From Selaginella moellendorffii (Eukaryota; Plantae; Lycopodiophyta), in contig NW_003314371.1 in the NCBI RefSeq assembly GCF_000143415.4, positions 410,788 through 474,787 on the forward strand: DNA of 64,000 bases. Direction: 5' to 3'. The translations under genes and the position numbers were made by a program. This document shows, piece after piece, positions 39,831 through 53,585 of the stretch (the first letter of the stretch is position 1; each line of letters opens with the position of its first letter). The notes beneath the pieces were generated by a model. That model was given only the letters and a program-made list of their open reading frames with translations. It ran no database searches and had not been told where the DNA came from.

Positions 39831-41339
39831 AACCCCAAGAGATAAATAAGGATAAAATAGTTACTAAAGGCTCTCTCATTAAGTAATTACCCCTTTTTTA
39901 GTTGGCTTAAAAGGAAAGAAATAGGGTGCATTATATATTGTGAGCAAACTGGACCAAAAGCAATTACTTTTTCCATACTCCTTTGCGAGTCAATATATAT
40001 ATATTATATATATATAAGACAAGTTAAATTTCTCATAAAAGATCTCAACATATCTTCCAAGAGCTGATTTATACATTTTATCTACCCATTTAATTATGGA
40101 TACTCACCATTACTTATGTTTAGCTTAGTCTTTAGTTTCTCAAATACTATTTGCCAAAACTTGGACGTGAACTTGGGATCCCAATCACTCATAATATCAC
40201 TTGACAAACCATAAAGATTAATTAACTGATTTATAAATAGTTAAGTAAATTTAGAAGTTTTAATTGTCATTTTCACTAAAAAGAAGTGTCCATGACTACT
40301 GAAATAGCATTATTTTCTTAAAAGGTCTTAAGAAAACTAGTGATAAAGTTTATCAAGATGCTATCCCACTTATTCATCAGTACGTGTAGAGGATGATAGA
40401 AGTTAGTGAGCTTCTAATGATCAACTTTGATTACTTAGCAAGTCAAACAACCATATATATACTTATTAACATCTAACTTCATTTCAAGTCAAAAGAAATG
40501 CCTCTTCAATTTTTAATACCTTGGATGCCCAATATTTGGCACATCATGACACTCAACCAAAATTTGTTTGACAAATTTGTCAACATAAGGAACTATCATA
40601 TGTCACTTCTTCACCAGAATTCTATCATGCATCTTGAATGACATAAATTTGTCACCCTTTAAATCTATAGAGGCATCTCTCTATTAAACCTTTTCATGAA
40701 TATCAATGATAAAAGAGTTGAAGTTAACAAACTCCTTAAGAATATTTAGTTTGAATTTACATGGAAATCTGACCTATACAAATAATGTTGTCATTCCTTC
40801 ACAATAATATTTACAACATACAACTCCTTATCTTGAATAGGCCAATTTTACTGTGTGGCATCAAACTTGTGACTCATGTACGTGAATGGATGGCCAATTG
40901 TCCAATAACAATATCATTCATATTTGTCTAGTCTCAAGATCAAAAATCTTCAACACAGGAGTAGAGACATAACACTATTAACACTAATTAACACTTCTCA
41001 TCCCAACCATGAAATTTTAATGTGTTCTAAAGAATATCAGTCAACGGAGCAATTATCTCTAAGAATTTGCATTGAAAACTTTAACTATACCAAAAATACT
41101 ACAAAGATCACTACTCCCTATATTAATGAAATGAACAAAGAGCAAGCCTACCTCCCAACCCTTAAGGCCAAATCCCATAGGCTGTAGAATATTCGTGGAA
41201 TATTCCAATGGTTTATATCACTCAAGCTCCGGACAGATCAATCAAACTAGCAAGATTTGTGGCATGTCCAATAGGTCTTATGATCATATCCATTGCATAA
41301 AGCTAGAGCTTTGAGGTGTATGAAAGTGGTGGTCCAAGA

Positions 41340-41800
41340 AGAACAATAGCAAACCTTTGAAGAATGCCTCCTTTTGTTGCTCCAAAGCTCTTCAGTTGAC
41401 AAAGTACAAGAAATCAAGGGTCTTGTCTCTGATTCTTTTCTCTCCGCAAGTGGGAGCTGCTCTTGTCACCTTTTCCATGAGGTATGGTTGAGGAGGGCCT
41501 TTGAGAGGTTGGAGCTTCTTAACTTGGAACACAATACTGGGTACATATTGGGTACATGTGGATAGCTTCACGTTTTCAAGCATCTATGGAGCTTGCTTGG
41601 ACCTTTGCAACAAGTCCATTCACCAGCGAGTAGTCTCTGTTGGACAAAGCCAACTTGGTTATAAAGAATGTGTATGTACAAGGTGTGCTCACTTGGACTA
41701 CACAAGGAAGAGATGGTAGGGACGAGACAACCATATTTCCTGGATGGCTGCATGCCAGTTACACAATGAAGATATAGCCCAAGAGAGACTGGGTTGATCA
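41340..41800 (+). pseudogene. Degenerate PPR gene remnant
   Basis: TWNTILGTY..VDSFTFSSIYGAC..KSIHQRVVS resembles collapsed P-L PPR motifs; interrupted by frameshifts. Confidence 0.55.
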
Positions 41801-42636
41801 CCTGGAGTCGTTGTTGATCATCATGGTTCTCATGAGATAATCTCTGTCATCCATTTGCTCCTGCACCATGCTAATGCTTGTGCTTCCTATTGAGTCTTGA
41901 GGCAAAATCTTTCTTTCACTGGTGAAATGGTGTCAAAGAGACAACCTTTCTTAGCATGTGGAACGAGGTCCATGAACCACTGGCCTTGTACCATTTGCTC
42001 CAAGAACTCGGTGTACCTCATTGAGCATCGCATCAACTCGGGCTCTTGCTTCCTGCTGTCCACGAAGAAAACATCCTGTTTAAGACCGTTTGATTCACGC
42101 TCATTGAGAATGAAAAGGTATGAATGTTCCAATTTGACAGCTTTGGCTAGCAAATTGAGGCGCTTATAGAATCTCTCCCCCGGAGGACGGCTGTGAAGCC
42201 TCGCAGCGCTTCAAAGCTGCTGCAGTTTGTGGGCATGCCACATCTTAAACATGCACTTTGTGTAGCGATAAAGGGGTTCATCTTTTAATGGGAACTCCAT
42301 GTGCGACTCTAGCATTAAGCCCACATCCCAGCTTGAGCTTCTTCGGTATCTCAAGAGATTGATTCACGACGTTTTAGAAGGAAAGACTTATGGTTGAATA
42401 GTCAAGATTGACCATAATAACTCCGGAAGCTTGGTGGTGTTAAAATTATTTAGTTAAGTATGTTTTATGTTAAACTAAAAAGAAGCAGTTTAGGGCAGCT
42501 AGAGGATATCCTCTGTGGATGCCGTGAAGGGACGGTTATAGAACCGCCACGTGTAAGAAGGCGGGCCATTGTTAGGTATTATTTAAGAAGTTAGGGCACG
42601 GGAGCTCGAGTCGGGGTCGATCGAGAGCGAGGGAGG

Positions 42637-43083
42637 ATGCCATCGGTTATGGGCGGCGGCAGCGGCAGCGGCGAGAATGAATCGCCCATTCGCAGCGGCG
42701 GGCGGCCCCCGCGCACATTCAGCCTCAGCAATCTCATATCGGAGCTGGTTGGATCGTCGTCGTCCAAGAGCCAGCAGCAGCAGCAGCAGCAGCAGCAGCC
42801 ACCAGCGGCGCCGCCCATCCGGCGGATGTGGTCCGCGGGGGACGTGGAGGGGCTGACGCGCTGCCCCTACTCGGCGGTGGTGAAGAATCCGGGCGTGCCA
42901 TTCGAGTTCCAGATGCCCGTCCACTACCCGCGCTTCACCCGGCAGCAGTACGCCACCATGCCCGAGTGGCAGATCGATCGGCTGCTCGAGGAGTATGGGC
43001 TGCCCGCGCACGACATGGGTGGCGTTGAGGACAAGCGCCAGTACGCCATCGGTGCCTTCCTGTGGAAGGAGCAGCAATCTTAA
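42637..43083 (+). CDS. Small conserved plant protein of unknown function (At5g55620/At3g55570-like family) with a poly-Q tract
   Basis: C-terminal FQMPVHYPRFT..QY..MPEWQIDRLLEEYGLP....VEDKRQYAIGAFLW; (CAG)9 at ~42772-42798; upstream G-box gccacgtgt (~42546) and TATA-like tatttaa. Confidence 0.85.
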   Translation: MPSVMGGGSGSGENESPIRSGGRPPRTFSLSNLISELVGSSSSKSQQQQQQQQQPPAAPPIRRMWSAGDVEGLTRCPYSAVVKNPGVPFEFQMPVHYPRFTRQQYATMPEWQIDRLLEEYGLPAHDMGGVEDKRQYAIGAFLWKEQQS

Positions 43084-44184
43084 GCGCGCCCGCGATCCAG
43101 GCGGTTTTCTTCACGAGGAGGTGAGAGATAGAGGAGAGGGAGAGAGTTGGAATCCATAGCTTTCGCTTGTGTTGGTGACGAAAGGGAAGAAAGGATTTCG
43201 AATATTCTGACCTAAAGTGGCACGGTGGCCGTGGATTCGGTCGCACGGCCGGCGGCTGCGATTCTCTGGGGGATAGCGCGGGGGATATACCGTGCCGTCC
43301 CTGCCGCCAGTTTTGGCGGCTAGCCCCCAGATTTAGCGTAGCGCGTCTTTTTGTAAAAGTAGAAAACGCTTGGAATACACAAAGCTGTTCCTTCACGGCA
43401 TTCCCGTTGTTCCAACGCGGTAGCTTTGGTGGCAAACCTCGCTAACTAACATAACATAACGTAACAGCCCTCCCAACGCCACTGGCGGCTAACTTAACCG
43501 CTGTGTTAGTGGAGTCCGCAACCGAAAAGCGTGTGTTGTTGAATGGGGGAGGTTGGGTTGGATAGATAGACTTTGGTTTTTTTTTTTTTTTCTCCTGGTG
43601 GGCTTTGATCGCTCAATCAAGAGAGAGGGAGAGAGAGGCGTGGTCTTGCAAAAATCCACTAAAAAAGAACTCGTCAAGAAAAGGAAGGAGTAAAAAGAAA
43701 GAGAAACTTGGAAACCCCCCCTGTGTGTTTCAATCAATCGCAAAGTGGTACTGGAGTTACGATCTCCACGACGCGTGGTGGTGGTGGAGTCAAAGGGCCG
43801 CCAAGCCCAAGGCGAAGGAAACGAGAGAGAGATCCCTGGGAGAGCTCTCTCGTAGGTAGGCACCACTTCGTGTTACTACTTTAGCACTACCAGTCACTGG
43901 GACACCGCGAGAGTTCCTGTCTGGGATCTACCAAGGGTACCACCAACACAAACAAAAAGTAAGAGATTTGGGGAGAGCTCCTCTTTTTTTGCTCCTTTGG
44001 GGGTCAGTGACATGGTTAGTCGTGCTGCCCCTTGATGATGAGAAAGAGGCGGAGGAAGCTAAGGTTTTCGTGTAAGTTTTTTCTCTTGTTGTGGATCTAG
44101 AAGATGGTCTCGTTTCTAACTTCGCTTGGTTCTTGGTTTTTTTTTTTTGGCCTATGGCAGAGAGCGGTGTGAAGCCAAGTCGCC

Positions 44185-47529
<3,345 letters not shown>

Positions 47530-47659
47530 TTCATTTAGGACTGATCGTAGTCGCGCTCCGATTCGAGCCAAACTAAACTGTTTTGCTGCTAATAAGCTGC
47601 TGCTGAGTGTAAATATCGAACAAGAAACTCTCACTCTTCTTCCATAGTCCTGTTTGCTT

Positions 47660-47712
47660 GGGGATCAAGTAGGACGAGGTGCTACCCAATGTGCCGACTT
47701 TGCGGTTTTGTA
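47660..47712 (-). pseudogene. Short duplicated fragment of the 3' end of the adjacent PPR gene
   Basis: ggatcaagtaggacgaggtgct...gtgccgactttgc matches 48288-48340. Confidence 0.7.
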
Positions 47713-48234
47713 ATTAAAGTAGATAATCATATTTCTCCTATATTATTTTGCTCAAATAAGTGAATTAAAAATTTTCACTTGATAAATGAATATTATTACA
47801 ATAATTTTTTTTAAGTGTTACTTTTAGAAAAGTAATATTCTATTTCCTATTGTTAATATTATCTAAAATATTATTATTACAATAGTATCATGACTAGAAA
47901 ATATTATAAACTAAAATTTTAATAATTTTCAAATGAGAATTTTCTTATGAAGACATATATAATAGCCTAAAAATGACAATATAATTTGTTCTAAACTAAA
48001 AAATTTATATTTTAATAATATAATAACTATGGAATATCTTATAATATAATTTCTTAAAATAAATATTTAGAATACATTAATCGAGCTTCCCATATAATAA
48101 TCTTGGCAATCTTTTACATATATTGTGATGATAGAAAGTATGTTATAGCTGGCGATCAACGAGGAAGTCACAGTTTTTTCGGATTTCGCAGTGTTTTCTA
48201 GGGTCTTCTGCCCCAAGGGGTTGACTGAGGGTGT

Positions 48235-49980
48235 TCACATTAAATACAATCTTGAGCGCTCCTTGCTCCCCTGACAAGTGTTCGCTAGGATCAAGTAGGA
48301 CGAGGTGCTCACTGGAGATAGCCTAAGTGCCGACTTTGCAGCTTTGGCAGCGATGGTGTGATCCTTTTGAGTGCTGCTCGCAGCAAGCAAGCACCTCCAG
48401 TCGATGGCGTCCGGCGGGAATGGCATCTCCGCGACAAGCTCCTTGGCCTCTCTCGTGTGCCCGGCTCGCGCCAGCAAATCCACCATGCAGCTAAACGCTA
48501 GCTTGCTCGGCTCCACTCCATAGTCCGCCACCATCGAGTAGAAGCATCTCCAGCCAGCGGCGAGAGCTCCAATGCGACTACATGCCGCGAGAACGCACAC
48601 GAAAGCGGCCTCGTCGGGCTTGCGCCCGCCTCCAGCATCCATCTCCCGCAGCAGCTCCAAGCACGCCTCAAATTCGCCCTTGACGGCGTAGGCCGCGAGC
48701 AGGGAATTCGCCGCCACTCCATCCCTCTCGGGCATTCCTTCCAGCAGCTTCTCGGCGTGGCGGACGAGCCCCTTGCTCGTGTAGGCCGAGACCATGGCGT
48801 TCCACGAGACCGAGTTCCTGACGGGCATGGCGTGGAAGACAGCTCTCGCCTTCCCCGCGAGCTTGTTTTGAGCGTAGGCCGCGAGCGTCACGGTCCACGA
48901 CACTACGTCCTTGCCTGGGATCCGAGAGAAGAAAGTTTCCATCTCTTGGACGTGGCCGGTTTGAGCGTAGGCCGTGAGCAGCGACGTCCAGCTCCCGGTG
49001 TTGCGCTCGGGCATTTGATCAAACAGGCTCTTGGCCTCCTCGAGCCGGCAATGCCCCTTTTGGGCATACGAATCCAGCATCGTGTTCCAGGAGATGATGT
49101 CTCGTTCAGGCATCCCATCGAAAAAGAGCTTTGCGTCGTCGATCTTCCCGGACAGGGTGTAAGCAGCCAGCATTGAGTTCCAGGACACCAAGTTTGGTTG
49201 CGGCACTAGATCAAACAGCCTCTTTGCTTGGTCCAATTGCCCATCTCGGGCAAATACTGCTAGCATCACGTTCCAGGAGACTGAATCCAGCTCCGGCATC
49301 GATGTGAAGACCTTTTTTGCCGATTCGATGTCTCCACTTTGTGAAAATGCCGATAAGATTGCGGTCCATGAGACCAAGCTCCACTCCGCCATGCAATCAA
49401 AGACTCGTTTGGTTTGCAAAATATGCCCGGTTTGGGCATATCCGGATAGAAGAGCGTTCCAAGTCACAAGGTTCCTTTCTTCCATGCTGGAAAACACTCG
49501 GGTAGCCGAATCGAAGTCATTGCTGTTGATGTAGCTTGTCAAGAGGGCTGTCCACGAGATCACGTTCCACTCTGGGATCTCGTCAAACAGGAGCTTTGCT
49601 TGGAGGACATACCCCGAGTGGGCATACGCTCCCAAGAGAGAGTTCCAAACAACCAAGTCCCACGCGGGCATTCGATCGAACAGAGCCTTTGCTTCACGAA
49701 TTTCGCCGCTGTGAGTGTAGGCGGAGAGGAGAAGAGACCACGAGTAGGAATTTCTCTTGTGGTCGAGGATGCCATCGAAGACCGCTCTTGCGCTGCTGGG
49801 ACTCTTAAACTTGCCGTAGACAAGGATGAGAACGTTGGAGAGGTAGATCCTGGCGCGCAGGAGCTCCGGATCGATCCGAGCATGGATGCTCTTCACCTGG
49901 GCGAGCGTGGTGCACGATCGGATTAGACCATCCAAGGCTTCTACTTCGACAGCACTGGAAGATCGAGAACGATCGAGCAT
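48235..49980 (-). CDS. PPR protein (PLS/short-motif rich) with E domain, no DYW
   Basis: Repeated VSWN.LL.AY...G....AK.LFD.MP motifs; CMVDLLARAGH..EAKELVAEMPFPPD..W..LL.A. Confidence 0.94.
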   Translation of the reverse strand: MLDRSRSSSAVEVEALDGLIRSCTTLAQVKSIHARIDPELLRARIYLSNVLILVYGKFKSPSSARAVFDGILDHKRNSYSWSLLLSAYTHSGEIREAKALFDRMPAWDLVVWNSLLGAYAHSGYVLQAKLLFDEIPEWNVISWTALLTSYINSNDFDSATRVFSSMEERNLVTWNALLSGYAQTGHILQTKRVFDCMAEWSLVSWTAILSAFSQSGDIESAKKVFTSMPELDSVSWNVMLAVFARDGQLDQAKRLFDLVPQPNLVSWNSMLAAYTLSGKIDDAKLFFDGMPERDIISWNTMLDSYAQKGHCRLEEAKSLFDQMPERNTGSWTSLLTAYAQTGHVQEMETFFSRIPGKDVVSWTVTLAAYAQNKLAGKARAVFHAMPVRNSVSWNAMVSAYTSKGLVRHAEKLLEGMPERDGVAANSLLAAYAVKGEFEACLELLREMDAGGGRKPDEAAFVCVLAACSRIGALAAGWRCFYSMVADYGVEPSKLAFSCMVDLLARAGHTREAKELVAEMPFPPDAIDWRCLLAASSTQKDHTIAAKAAKSALRLSPVSTSSYLILANTCQGSKERSRLYLM

Positions 49981-49992
49981 TCTTTTGATCGA

Positions 49993-52317
49993 TCATGGGT
50001 GTTCTTCCGAAAGAACCGGTCGACCACCTTCCTCACGCAAAAGATTGACGAGACCAACGTACGAGAAGGACGAGTTCTCAGCTGCCGCCATGGCCTTCTC
50101 TCCCAAGTCAAGATTCCTGTGAGTCATGCAAGCTCCAAGGATCGTCCCCCACGCGATCCCATGGGGCGAAAACGGCATCGTCTGGATGAGCTCCTCGGCC
50201 TTGGCGAGCTCCCCTGCTCGGGCCAGGAGATCGATCATGCAGCAGTAGTGCTCGATCCTGGGAGCCAGCTCGTAGTCGGAGGAGATGGATCTAAAGCAAC
50301 CGAGGCCCTGCTCGAGCAGCCCGGCGCGACTGTACGCTGCGAGCACGCTGGTGAGGAGGGATTCATCTGCTCTCACACCGTCACCTTGCAAAGCTCGAAA
50401 GAGCGCGATCGTTTCGGTGATATACCCGTTCTGGGCATACGCTCCCAGGAGCAAGTTCCACGACACCAGATCCTTCCGAGGCATGAGCTCGAAGGTGATG
50501 CTCGCCTTCTCCATCAATCCGGCCTGGACGTAAGCGACCGCTAGCGCGTTCCACGACACCGAGTCCCACTGTGGCATCCGCTGGAACGCGAGCTCGGCCT
50601 GCCGGATCTTCTCGCTGCCGCTGTGAGCAAATGCCGCGAGGAGGCAGTTCCACGAGATTCTGTTCCTCACGGGCATCTCACAAAAGAGCCCGCTCGCTCG
50701 CTCGAGCTGGTCGTTTTGCGCATAGCCCGCCACCATCGCGTTCCAAGTCACCACATTCCTCTCTCGCTCGTTCATGCCGTCGAAGAGCTCCTTGGCCTCG
50801 ATGACATGCCCGTTTTGGGCATACGCTGCGATCATCGCGTTGCGAGAGACGACGTTTGGCCTCGGGGTGGCGTCGAAAAGTCTCTTTGCTCGATCGAGCT
50901 CGCCTTTCTGGGCCAGGCCGACCATCAAAACGTTCCACGATATGACGGTCCACTTTGGAATCCGGTCGAAGACGAGCTGAGCCTCTTGAATCTTGCCGGA
51001 CTGGACGTAAGCCACCATGATCGAGTTCCACGTTATCTCGTTGCAACACGGCATTGTAGCGAACAAGATCTCGGCCTCTCGGAGATGAATCTCGCTGCCC
51101 CCGGCGCCTTGGCAGTAAGTCGTGATCAACGTGTTCCAGGAGATGATGCTGTGTTGCGGCATGAGCTCGAAGATGGCTCTCACCTCCTCCACGCTCGTGT
51201 TTTGGCTGTAGGCGGAGAGAAGCGCCGTCCAAGACACGACGGTCCTCTCTCGGATGCTCTCAAATGTGACTTTTGCTCGATCCAGATGCCCGTTCTCGCC
51301 ATAAGCCGCCACCATTGTGTTCCACGCCACCACATTCTTCTCGGGCATGGACTCGAAGACGTGTGTCGCCTCGTCGATGTTGCCGCTGTTCGAGAAGGCC
51401 TGAAACATGGCCGTGAGCGTCACGACGCTGCGGCACGGGATTTTCTCGAACAAGAGCTTGATCTTGTGGAGGTGCCCGTTTTGGGCATACGCCGTGAGCA
51501 GAGCGTTCCATCCGACCACGTCCTTCTGAGGCATGCTATGGAAAGTCCCCTCGGCTTCGGCAACACACTCGCTCTCTCCAAATGCATCGATAATGGTCGT
51601 CCAAGACACGCTGTTTCTCTCCGGCATTCGATCAAACAACGCCGTTGCCTCGTCCAGATCTCCAGACTCGGCAAATACCAGCACAAGCGTGCTCCACGAT
51701 ACGATGTTTCTCTCGGGCATGGAATCAAACGTTTTCTTCGCCACCTGCGTGGTCTTGCACTGCGCAAGAACGTGAAGAACAGCGTTCCACGACACGAGTG
51801 TCCGCTCGGGCATCAGATCAAAGAGTTTCTTCGCAGTGGCAAAATGCCCGGCTTGGGTATGTGCTGAGATAAGGCTGTTCCATGGAATCACGCTTCTGTG
51901 AGGCATTCTATAGAAGATCTTCTTAGCCTTCTCAACATCACCCGCCTTAGACGACATGGACAGCATAATCGTCCAGCCGACGGCATCACGCACCGGCATC
52001 GTCTCAAAGAATCTCTCGGCGTCAGCATGGTACCCGTTCTGGGCATAGGCATTAAACATGATGTTGTACGAGATCGAGGTGGGCTCTCTAATCCCATCAA
52101 ACACTCTGCGAGCGCATTGGATGCTTCCGTGCCTGCCATAACCAAGAACGAGGCGTTCTGCCAGTACTTTGTCCGCCGAAAGATCAAACTCCTGCCTAAT
52201 CCTGTCATGAATGCGCCTGACTTCGATCGCGCTCCTAGTGGACGATAGCTGGTCGATGAATCCCTGGTTTCTACTGGCAGTGGCGGAGTGGGGGAGCGAC
52301 GAGACAAATCTCCTCAT
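49993..52317 (-). CDS. PPR protein (PLS/short-motif rich) with E domain and no DYW; N-terminus resembles a mitochondrial presequence
   Basis: MRRFVSSLPHSATASR N-terminus; about 19 PPR motifs; HYCCMIDLLARAG.L.KAEELIQTMPF.P..IAWGTILGAC. Confidence 0.95.
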   Translation of the reverse strand: MRRFVSSLPHSATASRNQGFIDQLSSTRSAIEVRRIHDRIRQEFDLSADKVLAERLVLGYGRHGSIQCARRVFDGIREPTSISYNIMFNAYAQNGYHADAERFFETMPVRDAVGWTIMLSMSSKAGDVEKAKKIFYRMPHRSVIPWNSLISAHTQAGHFATAKKLFDLMPERTLVSWNAVLHVLAQCKTTQVAKKTFDSMPERNIVSWSTLVLVFAESGDLDEATALFDRMPERNSVSWTTIIDAFGESECVAEAEGTFHSMPQKDVVGWNALLTAYAQNGHLHKIKLLFEKIPCRSVVTLTAMFQAFSNSGNIDEATHVFESMPEKNVVAWNTMVAAYGENGHLDRAKVTFESIRERTVVSWTALLSAYSQNTSVEEVRAIFELMPQHSIISWNTLITTYCQGAGGSEIHLREAEILFATMPCCNEITWNSIMVAYVQSGKIQEAQLVFDRIPKWTVISWNVLMVGLAQKGELDRAKRLFDATPRPNVVSRNAMIAAYAQNGHVIEAKELFDGMNERERNVVTWNAMVAGYAQNDQLERASGLFCEMPVRNRISWNCLLAAFAHSGSEKIRQAELAFQRMPQWDSVSWNALAVAYVQAGLMEKASITFELMPRKDLVSWNLLLGAYAQNGYITETIALFRALQGDGVRADESLLTSVLAAYSRAGLLEQGLGCFRSISSDYELAPRIEHYCCMIDLLARAGELAKAEELIQTMPFSPHGIAWGTILGACMTHRNLDLGEKAMAAAENSSFSYVGLVNLLREEGGRPVLSEEHP

Positions 52318-52744
52318 TCACAACCAGGCCGCCCCTCCATTCTCCCTTCCCAGATCACGGCTCCACCTTTCCACAAGATTCTGCGATTCAGCTAGCCCAA
52401 GATCGGGACCACCACACCACAAAGACAAAGATCTCGACAATCTCTCCAAAATATTTAGTGTGAGTCGTTCATCAATCCCACCAGCTGCAGTTATTACCCT
52501 AATCTTCTGTGGGTTCTAGTACTACAGTATGGAAGTTGGTGCTTTTGTTGGATTTTCATTTCCGGTTCTAAATTGCCTCCTATACAACCGCTGTTATGGG
52601 CGAAGCAATTAGGCAGACCTTCCGCTTTATGATATCGTGTGCTGTCCCTGACGAGCATGAAGGTGATGCCGGGACACCCAAGCGGTGTTTATAAGGCGAG
52701 GCTTTTCAGTGAGAATTCCAGAGGCGTAGGATCTTCCCAGAAAG

Positions 52745-53500
52745 ATGAAGATCGTGTTGCTAGCATTGGTCTTGTCTTGCATTGCGATCTCGGGTCTTGC
52801 GGAAGAAAAGAAGCGCAATGCTGGTTAGTGCCATGCCCTTCAATCTCTTTCGATCGGTATATCATGTTGTAGTAACTCTTTTATCATCTTGCTCGCAGAC
52901 ACTGCAACGCCAGGTAGATTTCTGCGAGAAACTGCTTGCAAATATTATATGATCGACTGATCTTGGCTTTTGATTCCTTTCGTTCTCTTGTGCAGTTGCT
53001 CGCAAATTGCTAACTGACGGCGGTATGATCCTAAGTATAGTTTGTAGATTTCTCTAACTCTGTTGTATGCTGGCAATGCAGGATATTACAGTGACTCCCC
53101 AAAATCAGGCAGGAGTTTCTACATCTTTGCTGCTACTGACTCTAATCCATGATTTCATTTGTGCAGCTGAGGCGCCCAAGCCGAAACCAATGCCAAAACC
53201 AGATGCGAATCCAAAGCCAAAACCGAAGCCCAAGCCCAAGCCAAATCCACAAGATCAACCAGAACCAAAGCCAGGTCCCGAGAGATTTATTGGAAGTTTG
53301 TCACTGATAGTCTTTTTCTTCTTCTTCTATGATCAGGTTGCGACGAATCATCTCCAAAGGAACCCGAGCCGTATATGCCAATGCCGGATATGCCCATGCC
53401 GGATATGCCAATGCCGGCAATGCCCATGCCCATGCCCGATCCCTTTACCTCGTATAGTACGCCCGGTACTTCAGATGACCCTACGCCGTCTTCCCCTTGA
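52745..53500 (+). CDS. Predicted 139-aa secreted Pro/Lys/Met-rich protein from six exons (52745-52823, 52899-52913, 52996-53022, 53082-53108, 53167-53274, 53337-53500)
   Basis: TATAA at 52690; signal peptide MKIVLLALVLSCIAISGLA; all five introns are phase 1 with CAG acceptors; the spliced product is open: ...NADTATPVARKLLTDGGGYYSDSPKSAEAPKPKPMPKP...PKPKPKPKP...YMPMPDMPMPDMPMPAMPMPMPDPF...PSSP*. The intron 4 donor is GC, or a GT 6 nt downstream in the same frame. Confidence 0.8.
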
Positions 53501-53585
53501 AAATTATACGAGTTTAATGTAATACCTTTATTTGAATAAGAAAAAGTGTTGCGAATTGTTTCTAGGGTTTAGGGATTTTCGAGAA

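Noticed and set aside
38200-41300. Possible Gypsy pol remnants
   Set aside because: Too degraded; no RT or integrase motif could be read confidently.
50623-51867. 414-aa antisense ORF over a PPR gene
   Set aside because: Its periodicity mirrors the PPR repeats; not an independent gene.
53067-53522. 151-aa ORF with CQCRICPC repeats (metallothionein-like)
   Set aside because: The ORF reads through introns; the Cys repeats are the alternate frame of the MPMP exon, whose splice phase favours the Met-Pro reading.
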